The notes under the pieces are model-generated. The model worked only from the letters and a program-made list of their open reading frames with translations. It searched no databases and was not told where the DNA came from. This document shows, piece by piece, positions 1-13,449 of a stretch of DNA of 64,000 nucleotides. The stretch is taken from assembly GCA_963422735.1 (NCBI GenBank), contig OY730476.1:608001-672000 (forward strand). The letters are read 5' to 3'. The position numbers and the translations under genes were made by a program. How positions within the stretch are numbered: the stretch's first letter is position 1; every line of letters starts with the position of its first letter. The DNA is from Candidatus Latescibacterota bacterium (GTDB lineage Bacteria; Latescibacterota; UBA2968; UBA8231).

Positions 1-158
1 CGGCGGCCCGGCGTTGCGCTGGATTGAGGGCGTCTAGTATGGACATTCAGTTAGTCTGTAAGTGCTGGGCTAGCTCGATCCGACGCTCGTGTAGCGCAGG
101 TCTTGGATGGGTATTATCAGGGCGGTCAAGATGCCTTCAGGGTTACCGCCGCGAGTCG

Positions 159-365
159 CTAAAGGTCGAGATCGTATGCGTCATCTTGCCACGAGACAAA
201 GCCTATCGCAGCGATGACACAGGCCCCTAGCGCCAAAACGCCAAAGGCGATCAATCCCGCCCGATTCGCTCGATTGGAAGCTAGAGCCGTCATTAGAACC
301 TCGCAGCCTTTAATCACTAGATAGAAGGCTAGCATATAGGTAATAATTTGCAACATCCCCGCCAT
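159..365 (-). CDS. small two-TM membrane protein
   Basis: ATG at 365 with AAGGGG upstream; two hydrophobic stretches (MAGMLQIITYMLAFYLVIKG..., GLIAFGVLALGACVIAAIGFV). Confidence 0.55.
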   Translation of the reverse strand: MAGMLQIITYMLAFYLVIKGCEVLMTALASNRANRAGLIAFGVLALGACVIAAIGFVSWQDDAYDLDL

Positions 366-427
366 GCACTTACCCCTTGTTGGGTTTGGTTGGGTTTTGA
401 GAGAATATAGCCGCAGGTCGTTGGGCA

Positions 428-1453
428 TCAATTCACGCGCTGGGCTAGCTTGATCCGGCGTTTGGCGCGCTCGTGTTCTTTGTTGGTGCGGCTGAAGATG
501 TGGGTGCCGTCGCCGCGGGCGACGAAGTAGAGATATTCGGTTTCTGCCGGATAGAGCACAGCGAGAAGAGCCGTGCGGCCGGGGTTGCAGATGGGGCCGG
601 GGGGCAGGCCGTGGTGGCGATACGTATTGAAGGGCGAATCCACTTCCAAGTCGGCATAGGTCAGCCGCCTCTTGTCCGTGCCGAGGGCGTAGTTGACCGT
701 CGCACAGGATTCGAGGCGGCGATTGAGCTTGAGGCGGTGCTGGAAGACGCCGGAGATAATGGGCTGCTCCTCGACGGCCATCGCTTCGCGCTCAATGATC
801 GAGGCGAGTGTTACGGCTTGGTGCAGCGAAAGGCCGCGAGCCTTGAGCCGCTGGCGCAGGGTGTCGGCAAATACGCGGTGAAATTGGTTGACCATGAGGG
901 AAGCGATGGCGCGTTCATCGGCGTTTAGGTCGAAGAAGTACGTCTCGGGGAAGAGGTAGCCTTCAAGGGTGGACGCGGCCACCCCGAACTGGCGGATGAG
1001 GTGCGGGTCTTCGGTGGCAGCGATAAAGCGAGCCGAGTCGGCTACACCTGCAGCCTGTAGCTGGCCCGCGATCTGGTGGCGATTCAGGCCCTCGGGAATC
1101 GTTGCGGGTTGGGTTTGGATGGGGGCCTTGAGTAGGGATTGGGCCATGGCGGCTGTCGTGCCGGTGCCGTCGAGCTGATAGGTCCCCGCCTTGAGCTGAT
1201 GACCTAGGCCCTTGAGCCGGACGATCGAGGTAAAGACATGCGCGTTCTGGATCAGGTTTTCCCGCTCTAGCAACTGGCCGATCCAGCCAGCGCTCGCACC
1301 CTGCGGAATGTGGATCAGGCGCGCCGGGTATTCGTAGGTAGGTAGGTTCAAATACCACACCGCCCCAAGCGGCAACACCGCCCCCACCAGTGCAATAGCT
1401 GCGCCGAGTAAGAGCGCGCGGAGCCAGTGTGCAGACTTGGCTTGAGTTGACAT
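428..1453 (-). CDS. mltG: endolytic transglycosylase MltG (YceG family)
   Basis: N-terminal TM; IPEG, LEGYLFPETY, LASIIERE, SPFNTY..GLPPGPICNPG, YLYFVA motifs; start taken at ATG 1453. Confidence 0.93.
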   Translation of the reverse strand: MSTQAKSAHWLRALLLGAAIALVGAVLPLGAVWYLNLPTYEYPARLIHIPQGASAGWIGQLLERENLIQNAHVFTSIVRLKGLGHQLKAGTYQLDGTGTTAAMAQSLLKAPIQTQPATIPEGLNRHQIAGQLQAAGVADSARFIAATEDPHLIRQFGVAASTLEGYLFPETYFFDLNADERAIASLMVNQFHRVFADTLRQRLKARGLSLHQAVTLASIIEREAMAVEEQPIISGVFQHRLKLNRRLESCATVNYALGTDKRRLTYADLEVDSPFNTYRHHGLPPGPICNPGRTALLAVLYPAETEYLYFVARGDGTHIFSRTNKEHERAKRRIKLAQRVN

Positions 1454-1602
1454 ACTGTAGGCCCTACTAAAATGACTAGAGTGTGTCGAGTTCGCGCCTA
1501 TCCATAGAGAACACAAGCTGCGAGCGCAACGTAAGGTCTAGCAGAAGAAAGTATGGATCGGGAATTTTTTTTACAACCAAGGCTGAGAATAAAAGCCTAG
1601 TA

Positions 1603-1631
1603 AGATTATGCGAAAAGGCAGTCAGTGTCAA
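1603..1631 (-). promoter_or_regulatory. sigma70 promoter for mltG
   Basis: TTGACA-17 nt-TAATCT on the minus strand. Confidence 0.6.
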
Positions 1632-1649
1632 TCTGCGTCTGCCTCTTTC

Positions 1650-1678
1650 TTGACGCTAACGGGGAATCCGGTTAATTT
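1650..1678 (+). promoter_or_regulatory. sigma70 promoter for ABC operon (divergent from mltG promoter)
   Basis: TTGACG-17 nt-TAATTT. Confidence 0.5.
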
Positions 1679-1736
1679 CCCAGTTTTTTGTCTTGTCGCC
1701 TCAACACACCCTGCTTCCGGTTGCAGGAGATTTCCG

Positions 1737-2690
1737 TTGGACTCCCAAGTAATCATCAGCATTTCTCAGCTTTCCCACGTCTATGCGGGTACGCGCAAGA
1801 AAGCTGGCCGCCGTGCGCTCCACGAGATTGATCTCGACATCCGCTCCGGGGAGACAATGGCCCTATTGGGGCCTAATGGCAGCGGTAAATCCACGCTTCT
1901 GCGCATATTGACCACTGCACTGATGCCCACTTCGGGTGCGGTGCGAGTCGGCGGTGCGCTCTTGGGGCGAGATCCGTCTGCGGTGCGCCGCCAATTGGGG
2001 GTCGTCTTTCAAGAGCCGGCACTCGACGGGAAATTGACAGTCGGCGAAAACTTGCGGACGGCGGGGTTGCTCTATGACATGGGCCGTCGCGCCGTGCGCC
2101 AGCGCAGCCAACAGTTGCTGGAGACCGTCGGCTTGTGGGAGCGGCGCAACGAGCGGGTGGAGAAGCTGTCTGGAGGCCTGCGGAGGCGCGTAGAATTGGC
2201 CAAAGCGCTGCTGCCGACACCGGCCATTCTCGTACTCGACGAGCCGACGGCCGGGTTGGACCCAGTCGCGCGCCAGGATTTCTGGCACCAAGTGGAGGAA
2301 CTCAAAGCGGACGAACAGCTCACGGTTGTGGTCTCGACTCACCTCTTAGACGAAGCCGAGCGCACGGACCGAGTCGCCATTTTGCACCAAGGACAATTGC
2401 TCGTCTGCGGTCCCCCAAGGGTCTTACAGCGCCAATTGGGGCGCGAAATCCTCACGCTGCGCAGCGACGATGCGACCGCGCTGCAAACCGCCCTGCGCTG
2501 CGCCATGGGCCTAGAGGGCCTAGTTGTCGATCAAGACTTGCGCGTCCCGCTCAAGAGCGACATCAGCCTCGACGAGGTCTTCCAGCGCTTCGGCTCCCAG
2601 ATCCGCTCGCTGTCGTTGGCTCCTCCCTCTCTCGACGATGTGTTCGTGCGCCACACCGGCCAGCACCTCGCGGAGGGAAACGCCGCTTGA
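1737..2690 (+). CDS. ABC-2 type exporter ATP-binding subunit (DrrA-like)
   Basis: GPNGSGKST Walker A, LSGG signature, VLDEPT Walker B; TTG start after AGGAGA. Confidence 0.92.
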   Translation: MDSQVIISISQLSHVYAGTRKKAGRRALHEIDLDIRSGETMALLGPNGSGKSTLLRILTTALMPTSGAVRVGGALLGRDPSAVRRQLGVVFQEPALDGKLTVGENLRTAGLLYDMGRRAVRQRSQQLLETVGLWERRNERVEKLSGGLRRRVELAKALLPTPAILVLDEPTAGLDPVARQDFWHQVEELKADEQLTVVVSTHLLDEAERTDRVAILHQGQLLVCGPPRVLQRQLGREILTLRSDDATALQTALRCAMGLEGLVVDQDLRVPLKSDISLDEVFQRFGSQIRSLSLAPPSLDDVFVRHTGQHLAEGNAA

Positions 2691-3451
2691 ACGGCGTCTG
2701 GATTCTGGCCCAGCGCGAAGTGCTGCGCTTTTTTCGTCAGCCCTCTCGGCTCTTGGGGAGCTTGGTACAGCCACTGATGCTGTGGTTTTTCATGAGCTCG
2801 GGTTTTGTCGATAGCTTCATCAGCGGGGACCGCGAGTTGAGCTACGGAGAATTCTTCTATCCGGGCATCGTGCTGCTGATTCTGCTATTCGCGGCGATTT
2901 TTTCTACAATCACCCTCATCGAAGACCGCAGCGTCGGCTTTTTGCAAGGCGTGCTAGTGGCTCCGGTGCCGCGCCTGAGCGTGGCGTTGGGCAAGCTAAT
3001 CGGCGGTACGCTCATCGCTCTCTTGCAGGTGCTTGTGTTTTTGCTGCTGGCTCCGGTGGCCGGTATTGGCTTGGCAGTGGAGATGATCTTGGTACTCTTA
3101 GTCCTCTGTGCGCTGATCGGCATGGGCTTCACGGGTTTGGGCTTTGTGGTCGCGTGGAAGTTGGATTCAGTGGCTGGCTACCACGCGGTGATGAGCGTCG
3201 TTCTCATCCCCTTGTGGTTTCTTTCCGGTGCGCTCTTTCCCGTTGGAGGGGCCGCGCCTTGGCTCGAGTGGGTGATGCAGTGCAACCCTGTGACCTACGC
3301 GCTGGTCGTTTTGCGCAAGGCGTTCTACTTGGCGCCGGCCCAACTGATAGCCGATGCGGCGTTTGTGCGCGCCCTGTTAGTCACCAGTGGCTGGGCGGTG
3401 CTGACGACCACTGGGGCCGCTTGGATGGTGGCCCGCAGTCGCGGCCCCTGA
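2687..3451 (+). CDS. ABC-2 type exporter permease
   Basis: TTG start overlapping upstream TGA; about 6 TM; F.PG, EDR..GFLQG.LVAPV.R, FLSGALFP, NP.TY motifs. Confidence 0.9.
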   Translation: MNGVWILAQREVLRFFRQPSRLLGSLVQPLMLWFFMSSGFVDSFISGDRELSYGEFFYPGIVLLILLFAAIFSTITLIEDRSVGFLQGVLVAPVPRLSVALGKLIGGTLIALLQVLVFLLLAPVAGIGLAVEMILVLLVLCALIGMGFTGLGFVVAWKLDSVAGYHAVMSVVLIPLWFLSGALFPVGGAAPWLEWVMQCNPVTYALVVLRKAFYLAPAQLIADAAFVRALLVTSGWAVLTTTGAAWMVARSRGP

Positions 3452-3453
3452 TT

Positions 3454-3867
3454 TCAGAGCTGATAGAGCATTAGATAGACCACCACGCCGCTAATCGAGA
3501 CAAAGATCCACGCCGGCCAGACCCAGCGGGCCAACCGCCGATGGCGGGCGAAATCTTGGTTGTAAGCGCGCCAGACGACGAGCCCTACAAAGGGGGCTAT
3601 TAACGCGGCGAGGACTACGTGGGGTATGAGCACGGCGAAGTACAAAAGGCGGGTCCAGTCGTGATGGGGATAGGGCACCGAGCCCACCTGAAAGTGGTAA
3701 ACCAAATACGAACAGAGGAAGAGCGCGGAGCAGACGAGGGCGGCCAGCATGGACTTTTGGTGGGCTTGGCGCGCGCCGCGGCGGATCTGCAGGAAGCCGC
3801 GTACGAGCAAAAGCGCACACAAAGTGTTGAGGCAAGCGTTTAGCGTGGGGAGATCTAGAACAGACAC
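3454..3867 (-). CDS. DUF420 family membrane protein (CtaM-like)
   Basis: LP.LNA.LN, H...M, FL.SYL.YH, L..H..LA, HRR.ARW..P.W..VS.SGV.VY motifs. Confidence 0.88.
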   Translation of the reverse strand: MSVLDLPTLNACLNTLCALLLVRGFLQIRRGARQAHQKSMLAALVCSALFLCSYLVYHFQVGSVPYPHHDWTRLLYFAVLIPHVVLAALIAPFVGLVVWRAYNQDFARHRRLARWVWPAWIFVSISGVVVYLMLYQL

Positions 3868-3894
3868 AGGCTGAGCGGGAAGGAGAGTAGCGTA

Positions 3895-3929
3895 AACGAG
3901 GGCTTGCGACTAATGCACAAGCCCTCGTT
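3895..3929 (-). terminator. hairpin downstream of tRNA-Thr
   Basis: 12-bp stem AACGAGGGCTTG/CAAGCCCTCGTT; weak U tail. Confidence 0.5.
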
Positions 3930-3935
3930 GTGTTG

Positions 3936-4011
3936 TGGAGCCGCCACCCGGAGTTGAACCGGGGACCTACTCATTACGAGTGAGTTGCTCTACCAGCTGA
4001 GCTATGGCGGC
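3936..4011 (-). tRNA. tRNA-Thr (anticodon CGT)
   Basis: GCCGCCA acceptor stem, ACTCA-CT CGT AA-TGAGT anticodon arm, TTCAA T-loop, encoded CCA; 76 nt. Confidence 0.96.
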
Positions 4012-4026
4012 TATGATATGAAGGAA

Positions 4027-4055
4027 AAACTAGGCGGGACCAGCTACGGTGTCAA
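4027..4055 (-). promoter_or_regulatory. sigma70 promoter for tRNA-Thr
   Basis: TTGACA-17 nt-TAGTTT just upstream of the tRNA. Confidence 0.6.
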
Positions 4056-4080
4056 GAGCCGTCCCGGTCTGCACTACGCA

Positions 4081-5295
4081 TTAAAAGAAGTTGAATAGTT
4101 TGCCCAGCGCGTGGGCAAAGCCGTTGCGGGGTCGGTCGGCGTCGTGGGACTCGACCGGTGCTCTGTGTTCGTTGGCGACAAAGCGCAACAGGCCGACCGC
4201 GGTAGCATAGCTGGGGTCGCTGACCGTGGCTGGGGCGATCACGTCTTGGGGGATGCCAACGCGGACGTGGTGGCCGAGGACCTCTTCGGCGAGCGGCGCG
4301 ATCTGGTCGAGCGAGGCTCCGCCGCCGGTGAGCACGATGCCGGCAGACAAGCGGTCGTTGTAGGAGGTATCGACGAGGGCTTGGCGCACGTATTCAAAAA
4401 TCTCGCGCTGCCGGGCTTCGATGATCGCGCTGACCTGCTGCCGGGTTAAGGAACAGGCACGGCCGGCGGTAGTGTGGTACGTGACGGTTTGGTCGCCGTC
4501 TTCCCCGGGACAGCTAACGCTGCCAAAGCGGCATTTGAGCTGCTCGGCTTCGCGGATTGGGATGCTCAAGACGACTGAGATATCTCGCGTTATATCGTCG
4601 CTGCCGAGTGGAATTTCCCCTACGTGTCGCAGCGGACCTAGGAACACGGCTAGATCGCAGGTGCCGGCACCAAGGTCGAGCAGGGCCACGCCCATGTCTC
4701 GTTCATCTTGGGACAAGGTGGCGTGGGCAGCGCCGACACTTTCGAGGACTACGCCGGCGATCTCAACGCCGGCTTTGGAGGCGGCGTGGCGAAAGGCCGT
4801 GCATAGATGTTCGGCCACGGAAACGGTTAGCACCTCGATCGACAGGCGATTGCCGTGCAGCCAGAGCGGGTTTTGTACCGGCTCGTCATCGACGGCATAG
4901 CTCTGGACGAAGCGATGCATCACCGTTTGGTCCTCGACGACCTGTTCCTGCGCGACGGCGAGTAGGGCGCGGTCCCGATCCTCTTCGGAAATGGGGTTGG
5001 AGGAGCCGGAGATACCTACCGTGTTGTAACTTTTCCGGGCGCTGATGCCTTCGCCGGCCATGCCGAGATAGGCCCCGGCAATTTTGAGGCCGATCGAGCG
5101 CTCGGCTTCGGCGAGAGCCGTGTGGATCGACTCTGCTACTTGGGGCATGTCGATGACGGCACTGCGGCGCAGACCGGTGCAGGGGCTGTGCCCTAGGCCC
5201 AAAATCTTGACTTGAGAATTGTTCTGCACCTCGCCGACTAGGCATAGAACTTTTGATGCACCAACATCGAGAACGACGACGGGGGATCCAGCCAT
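4081..5295 (-). CDS. ftsA: cell division protein FtsA (stand-alone copy)
   Basis: LDVGASKV, GLRRSAVID, LLDLGAGTCD, AEQLK..FG, IIEAR..EIF, GIVLTGGGA, YATAVGL; C-terminal amphipathic helix FAHALGKLFNFF. Confidence 0.92.
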   Translation of the reverse strand: MAGSPVVVLDVGASKVLCLVGEVQNNSQVKILGLGHSPCTGLRRSAVIDMPQVAESIHTALAEAERSIGLKIAGAYLGMAGEGISARKSYNTVGISGSSNPISEEDRDRALLAVAQEQVVEDQTVMHRFVQSYAVDDEPVQNPLWLHGNRLSIEVLTVSVAEHLCTAFRHAASKAGVEIAGVVLESVGAAHATLSQDERDMGVALLDLGAGTCDLAVFLGPLRHVGEIPLGSDDITRDISVVLSIPIREAEQLKCRFGSVSCPGEDGDQTVTYHTTAGRACSLTRQQVSAIIEARQREIFEYVRQALVDTSYNDRLSAGIVLTGGGASLDQIAPLAEEVLGHHVRVGIPQDVIAPATVSDPSYATAVGLLRFVANEHRAPVESHDADRPRNGFAHALGKLFNFF

Positions 5296-5500
5296 AGTTG
5301 GCGTACCTTCTTTCTAAGCGCAGCCGCAAAATGCAGCGCAGTAGTCTAGGTGGATACGTACTGAGAGGGGAGAATGCTATCGCCTAGCGGCGGCGATGCG
5401 ACGGATTGAGGTGCTCGACCCCAAATTACTAGTGCTTACAACGCCAGACAAAGGGGGAAGTCGGCTCACCGTAAACACTTAATTAAGTAAGGATGATGGA

Positions 5501-5529
5501 AGAATAGGAAAGCCGCCGGAGAAAGTCAA
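5501..5529 (-). promoter_or_regulatory. sigma70 promoter for ftsA
   Basis: TTGACT-17 nt-TATTCT on the minus strand, about 200 nt upstream of the ATG. Confidence 0.55.
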
Positions 5530-5554
5530 GCCCACCGGAGGGCTGGGGCTGGCC

Positions 5555-5583
5555 TTGACTGGGCCAAGGCCAGCGCCTAAGAT
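5555..5583 (+). promoter_or_regulatory. sigma70 promoter for ssb
   Basis: TTGACT-17 nt-TAAGAT. Confidence 0.6.
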
Positions 5584-5650
5584 AAGCGAAATCGCGAACA
5601 TTAATGGGTGTGTTCGCGCTTGCGGCGCACCCGCAAAAAGGAGCGAATAT

Positions 5651-6139
5651 ATGGCCCGTGGGATAAACAAAGTAATCTTGATCGGCAATTTGGGCAGCGA
5701 CCCCGAAGTGCGCTACACGCCAAATGGAGCACCCGTAGCCAATTTCAGCTTGGCCACCTCTGAAAGCTGGAACGACCGCAATACGGGCGAGCGCCAAGAG
5801 CGGACCGAATGGCACCGGCTCGTGCTTTGGAGCAAGCTGGCCGAGATCGCCGGGCAGTACCTCAAAAAGGGTGCCAAAATCTATGTCGAAGGCAGGTTGC
5901 AGACCCGTTCTTGGGACGACCAGAGCGGCCAGAAGCGCTATGCGACCGAGGTCGTGGTCAACGACATGCAGATGCTCGATTCTCGCGGCGAGGGCGGTGG
6001 CAGTGGCAGTGGCAGTGGCGGCAGAGATGCCGGCTACAATCCGTCCGGCGATCCGTCCGGCGGGCAAAACGTCGGCCCAGCCGCCCAGCCCGCCGCACCT
6101 CCGCCGCCGTCGGGCGACGACGACGACCTGCCGTTCTAA
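5651..6139 (+). CDS. ssb: single-stranded DNA-binding protein
   Basis: [31 protein letters not shown], acidic tail DDDLPF; RBS AAGGAG. Confidence 0.97.
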   Translation: MARGINKVILIGNLGSDPEVRYTPNGAPVANFSLATSESWNDRNTGERQERTEWHRLVLWSKLAEIAGQYLKKGAKIYVEGRLQTRSWDDQSGQKRYATEVVVNDMQMLDSRGEGGGSGSGSGGRDAGYNPSGDPSGGQNVGPAAQPAAPPPPSGDDDDLPF

Positions 6140-6142
6140 AGT

Positions 6143-6989
6143 TTGGCGGGCAGTTTCTTCCACTTGTGGCTGGCCGAGCAGGTCTTTCCCCTAGTTTTTG
6201 GCGACTGCGCGGGCGAAGGGGAACTGCGATCGGCCTTTGCCGCTGGTTCCGTAGGCCCGGATATCGGTTTTTTCCCCGGCGGCCCGGCGGCCTTGTCGCA
6301 TCGAGTACATCTGGAGCACTGCGGCGACTTTTTGCGGGCCCTAACCCAAGAGACTGCCAGTGCTAGCGAGCGGGCGTTTGCAGCGGGTTGGGGGCTTCAC
6401 GTCTATACGGATATGGCTTTGCATCCTTGGGTTGAGGCCCGCGTGGCTGCATTGCTCCGCGAGGGTATCCAGCCGGTCGCGCCTGATTTGTGGCACCTGC
6501 GCTTGGAATGGGGGATTGATTGCCGCTTGCTGGCCGGCGAGGGGATGGACGGGCTGTGGAGTGCGCGATTGCACTTTCCCCGCCGCGCTGATGGCCGCAG
6601 CTTGCTGGGGGAAGTAGGGCAGGCTTTCTACGGTCGAGATGCCGACGAGAGCTTGCTGGAACGGGGGGAGGAGGCCACCGCCTGGTGGCTGCAGCGAATT
6701 CCCAAAATCCTCTGGTGGGGAGGGCACATCCGCGTGGCCGGACGCCGCCCCAATCCCCTGTGTACATTGGCTTTTGCCCACCTAGGGCGCAAGGTCCTCG
6801 GGGATTGGCTCCAGCACTGGGCGCGCTTTAAGGATGGCGCGGCTTTGGCCCGTCCGCTGTTGCCTTCAGACCAAGTCTACGAGAAGGTCGTCAGGCTGGG
6901 CGAGTCGGCTGTGGAAAGGTTTTGCCACGGGTTTGACGAGGGCTTCTCCCAATTGGGCAATCCCGATTTATACACGGGCAAAGCAGGCG

Positions 6990-6997
<8 letters not shown>
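6143..6997 (+). CDS. zinc-dependent phospholipase C family protein
   Basis: N-terminal H, AGS.GPD, H, G..LH...D...HP, H.R.E...D metal-ligand pattern. Confidence 0.7.
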
Positions 6998-11246
<4,249 letters not shown>

Positions 11247-11255
11247 GATCGCCTT

Positions 11256-12368
11256 ATGGAGCTTATGGATCTGCAAAAGGCGGGTTTGCTCTTGAGCGGC
11301 GCAATCTACGTAGGCGTCCTCCTCTGGCTGTGGCGCGGCTTGAGCGGACGGCGATCCGGCCCGGGCCTAGTCAGAGATCGGCCCTCGGTCAGCGCCATTG
11401 TTGCCGCACGCGACGAGGAGACGACCTTGCCGCACTGCTTGGACGCGCTCGCCCGCCAGGATTATCAAGGAGCGTTTGAAGTAATCGTCGTGGACGACCG
11501 CTCTCGCGATCGAACTGGGGACATCATTGCTGCAAGGGCGTCGACTTGGCCGGTGCTCAAGGGCGTGCCGGCCGCGCCAAACGGGCGGTTTAAGTGTCCG
11601 AAGAAAAGCGCGTTAGCCGAGGGGATTGCAGCGAGCACTGGGGGGATCTTGCTCTTTACCGATGCCGATTGTCGTCCGCCCGCGGATTGGGTGCGCTCGA
11701 TGGTGGCGCATTTTGCACCGGGGGTTGGCTTAGTCGCCGGGTACGCGCGGCCCGATCCGGTCTCCGGCGTGCTGGCCAAGGTTTTGGCCGTGGACAATAT
11801 CGGGGTCGGGGCGCTGGGGGCGGGCAGCTTTGGCATGGGGCACCCGCTGTCGTGTACGGGCCGCAATTTGGGCTACCGCCGCCAGGTGTACGACGAGCTG
11901 GGCGGTTTCGCGCAAATCGGGCATCTGATCGGGGGCGACGATGTGTACTTCATGCGCCTGTTGGGTGTCCAAGGCAGGTGGGCTATGGCGTTTAACCGCC
12001 AAGCTGTCGTCCTCTCGCAGCCGCCGCCGGCCAAGCTCTCGGACGCAGTGCAGCAGAAGCTGCGGCACGCGGCCAAAGGAGGCCACTACAAGGGCCGTGC
12101 ATTCTATTTGGCCGTAAGTGTCTATTTGTTCCACGGCTTTCTCGCTTGGGGGCTGGTGCAGATGCTATGGACCCAAAGCTGGGATGGCTTTCTCGCGGGC
12201 GCGTGGTTTATGCGTTGGGCCGTTGACTTTTTGCTGCTCAGGCGGATGGCTGTGCCCGAGGAGCGAGCACTCCTGCACTATTTGCCGCTAGTGGAAGTTT
12301 TATATATTCCCTATGTGCTGATTTTTACGATCCTCGGCCGTTGGGGATGGTTTCGCTGGAAAACCTGA
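11256..12368 (+). CDS. GT2 family glycosyltransferase
   Basis: SAIVAARDEE, VVDDRS.D.T, KK.AL, FTDADC, GDD; N- and C-terminal TMs. Confidence 0.9.
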   Translation: MELMDLQKAGLLLSGAIYVGVLLWLWRGLSGRRSGPGLVRDRPSVSAIVAARDEETTLPHCLDALARQDYQGAFEVIVVDDRSRDRTGDIIAARASTWPVLKGVPAAPNGRFKCPKKSALAEGIAASTGGILLFTDADCRPPADWVRSMVAHFAPGVGLVAGYARPDPVSGVLAKVLAVDNIGVGALGAGSFGMGHPLSCTGRNLGYRRQVYDELGGFAQIGHLIGGDDVYFMRLLGVQGRWAMAFNRQAVVLSQPPPAKLSDAVQQKLRHAAKGGHYKGRAFYLAVSVYLFHGFLAWGLVQMLWTQSWDGFLAGAWFMRWAVDFLLLRRMAVPEERALLHYLPLVEVLYIPYVLIFTILGRWGWFRWKT

Positions 12369-12381
12369 TAAAGGAGTTGAT

Positions 12382-13449
12382 TTGGCCTACCTAATCACGC
12401 CCAAAGCACTGCCGAGTTATGTTCGGCGCTACGCCCGCGTATTTTCCTGGAAGCGGCTGATTAATTTTTTCGCCGTTTTGGCCTCCATGGGGCTGTCGTG
12501 GATGGCCCGCCGGCCCATCGTGTGGGGGCGTCCTTTTATGCTCATGGTCGAGCCGACCAACTTCTGCAACCTCAAGTGCCCCTTGTGCCCCTCGGGCAAC
12601 GGCCAGATGCGTCGCCCGAGGGGAACTATGGGCTTGGAGAATTTCAAAAAGCTGGTTGACGAACTCGGCGACGAGGTCTTTATGATGATGCTGTGGAACC
12701 AAGGCGAGCCGTATATCAACAAGTGCTTCAACCAGATGGTGCGCTACGCCAGCGACCGCGGCCTCTTCACCTTCACCAGCACCAATGGCCACTTCGTTCG
12801 CAGCCCGGAGCAGGCGCAGGCCATCGTCGAGTCCGGGCTGGACGAAATGATCGTCTCACTGGACGGGGTTGACCAAGCCACGTACGAACGGTACCGGGTC
12901 GGTGGCCAGATCGAGCGCGTTTTCTCCGGGGTCCGCCTGCTGGTCGCAGCCAAAGAGGCACTGGGGTCGCAGACGCCGCAGATCAACTTGCAGTTCATCG
13001 TTATGAAGCACAACGAGCGCGATATGGCCACAGCCGAAACGCTGGCCAAAGACCTGCGCGTTGACAAGTTCTTGGTCAAGACCGCCCAAGTTTACACGGC
13101 GGAGGACGCCGAGGCGTTCTTACCCGAAGACGAGCAGTACAGCCGCTACGAGCACGCAGAGGACGAGTTGGTGGTCAAGGGGCAGCCCACGCGGGGTTGC
13201 AAGGTGCTGTGGTACAGCTCGATGGTCAATTGGAATGGAGCGGTCGCGCCTTGCTGTTTCGACAAAGACGTTGACTTTGCCATGGGGCAAGCGTTCGACG
13301 GTCGTTCTTTTGACGATATCTGGCGTAGCCGGGCCTATATGGACTTTCGCCGTCAGGTCCTCGCCGACCGCACTGGCTTCGACATGTGCCGCAACTGTTC
13401 CGAAGGCTATCGAGGCATGTTCTCGCTAATCAAGGAAATCAAGGGCTAA
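12382..13449 (+). CDS. radical SAM protein with SPASM/twitch domain
   Basis: EPTNFCNLKCPLC (CxxxCxxC), GEP, TNG, C-terminal C..LW...G.V.PCC.D...C.NC. Confidence 0.9.
   Translation: MAYLITPKALPSYVRRYARVFSWKRLINFFAVLASMGLSWMARRPIVWGRPFMLMVEPTNFCNLKCPLCPSGNGQMRRPRGTMGLENFKKLVDELGDEVFMMMLWNQGEPYINKCFNQMVRYASDRGLFTFTSTNGHFVRSPEQAQAIVESGLDEMIVSLDGVDQATYERYRVGGQIERVFSGVRLLVAAKEALGSQTPQINLQFIVMKHNERDMATAETLAKDLRVDKFLVKTAQVYTAEDAEAFLPEDEQYSRYEHAEDELVVKGQPTRGCKVLWYSSMVNWNGAVAPCCFDKDVDFAMGQAFDGRSFDDIWRSRAYMDFRRQVLADRTGFDMCRNCSEGYRGMFSLIKEIKG

Noticed and set aside
2135-2686. Long N-terminal extensions in the ORF track (also 6834, 9345, 18049, 34614, 36091)
   Set aside because: They overlap real neighbouring genes; downstream starts with an RBS or translational coupling fit better
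5593-5618. Gram-positive-type LexA box upstream of ssb
   Set aside because: GAAC and GTTC are 12 nt apart, not the canonical 4
5995-6063. (GGCAGT)x3 and TCCGTCCGGCG x2 repeats
   Set aside because: They encode the ordinary Gly/Ser/Pro linker of SSB
12382-13449. RiPP maturase
   Set aside because: No precursor peptide or PqqD-like domain nearby; flanked by glycosyltransferases
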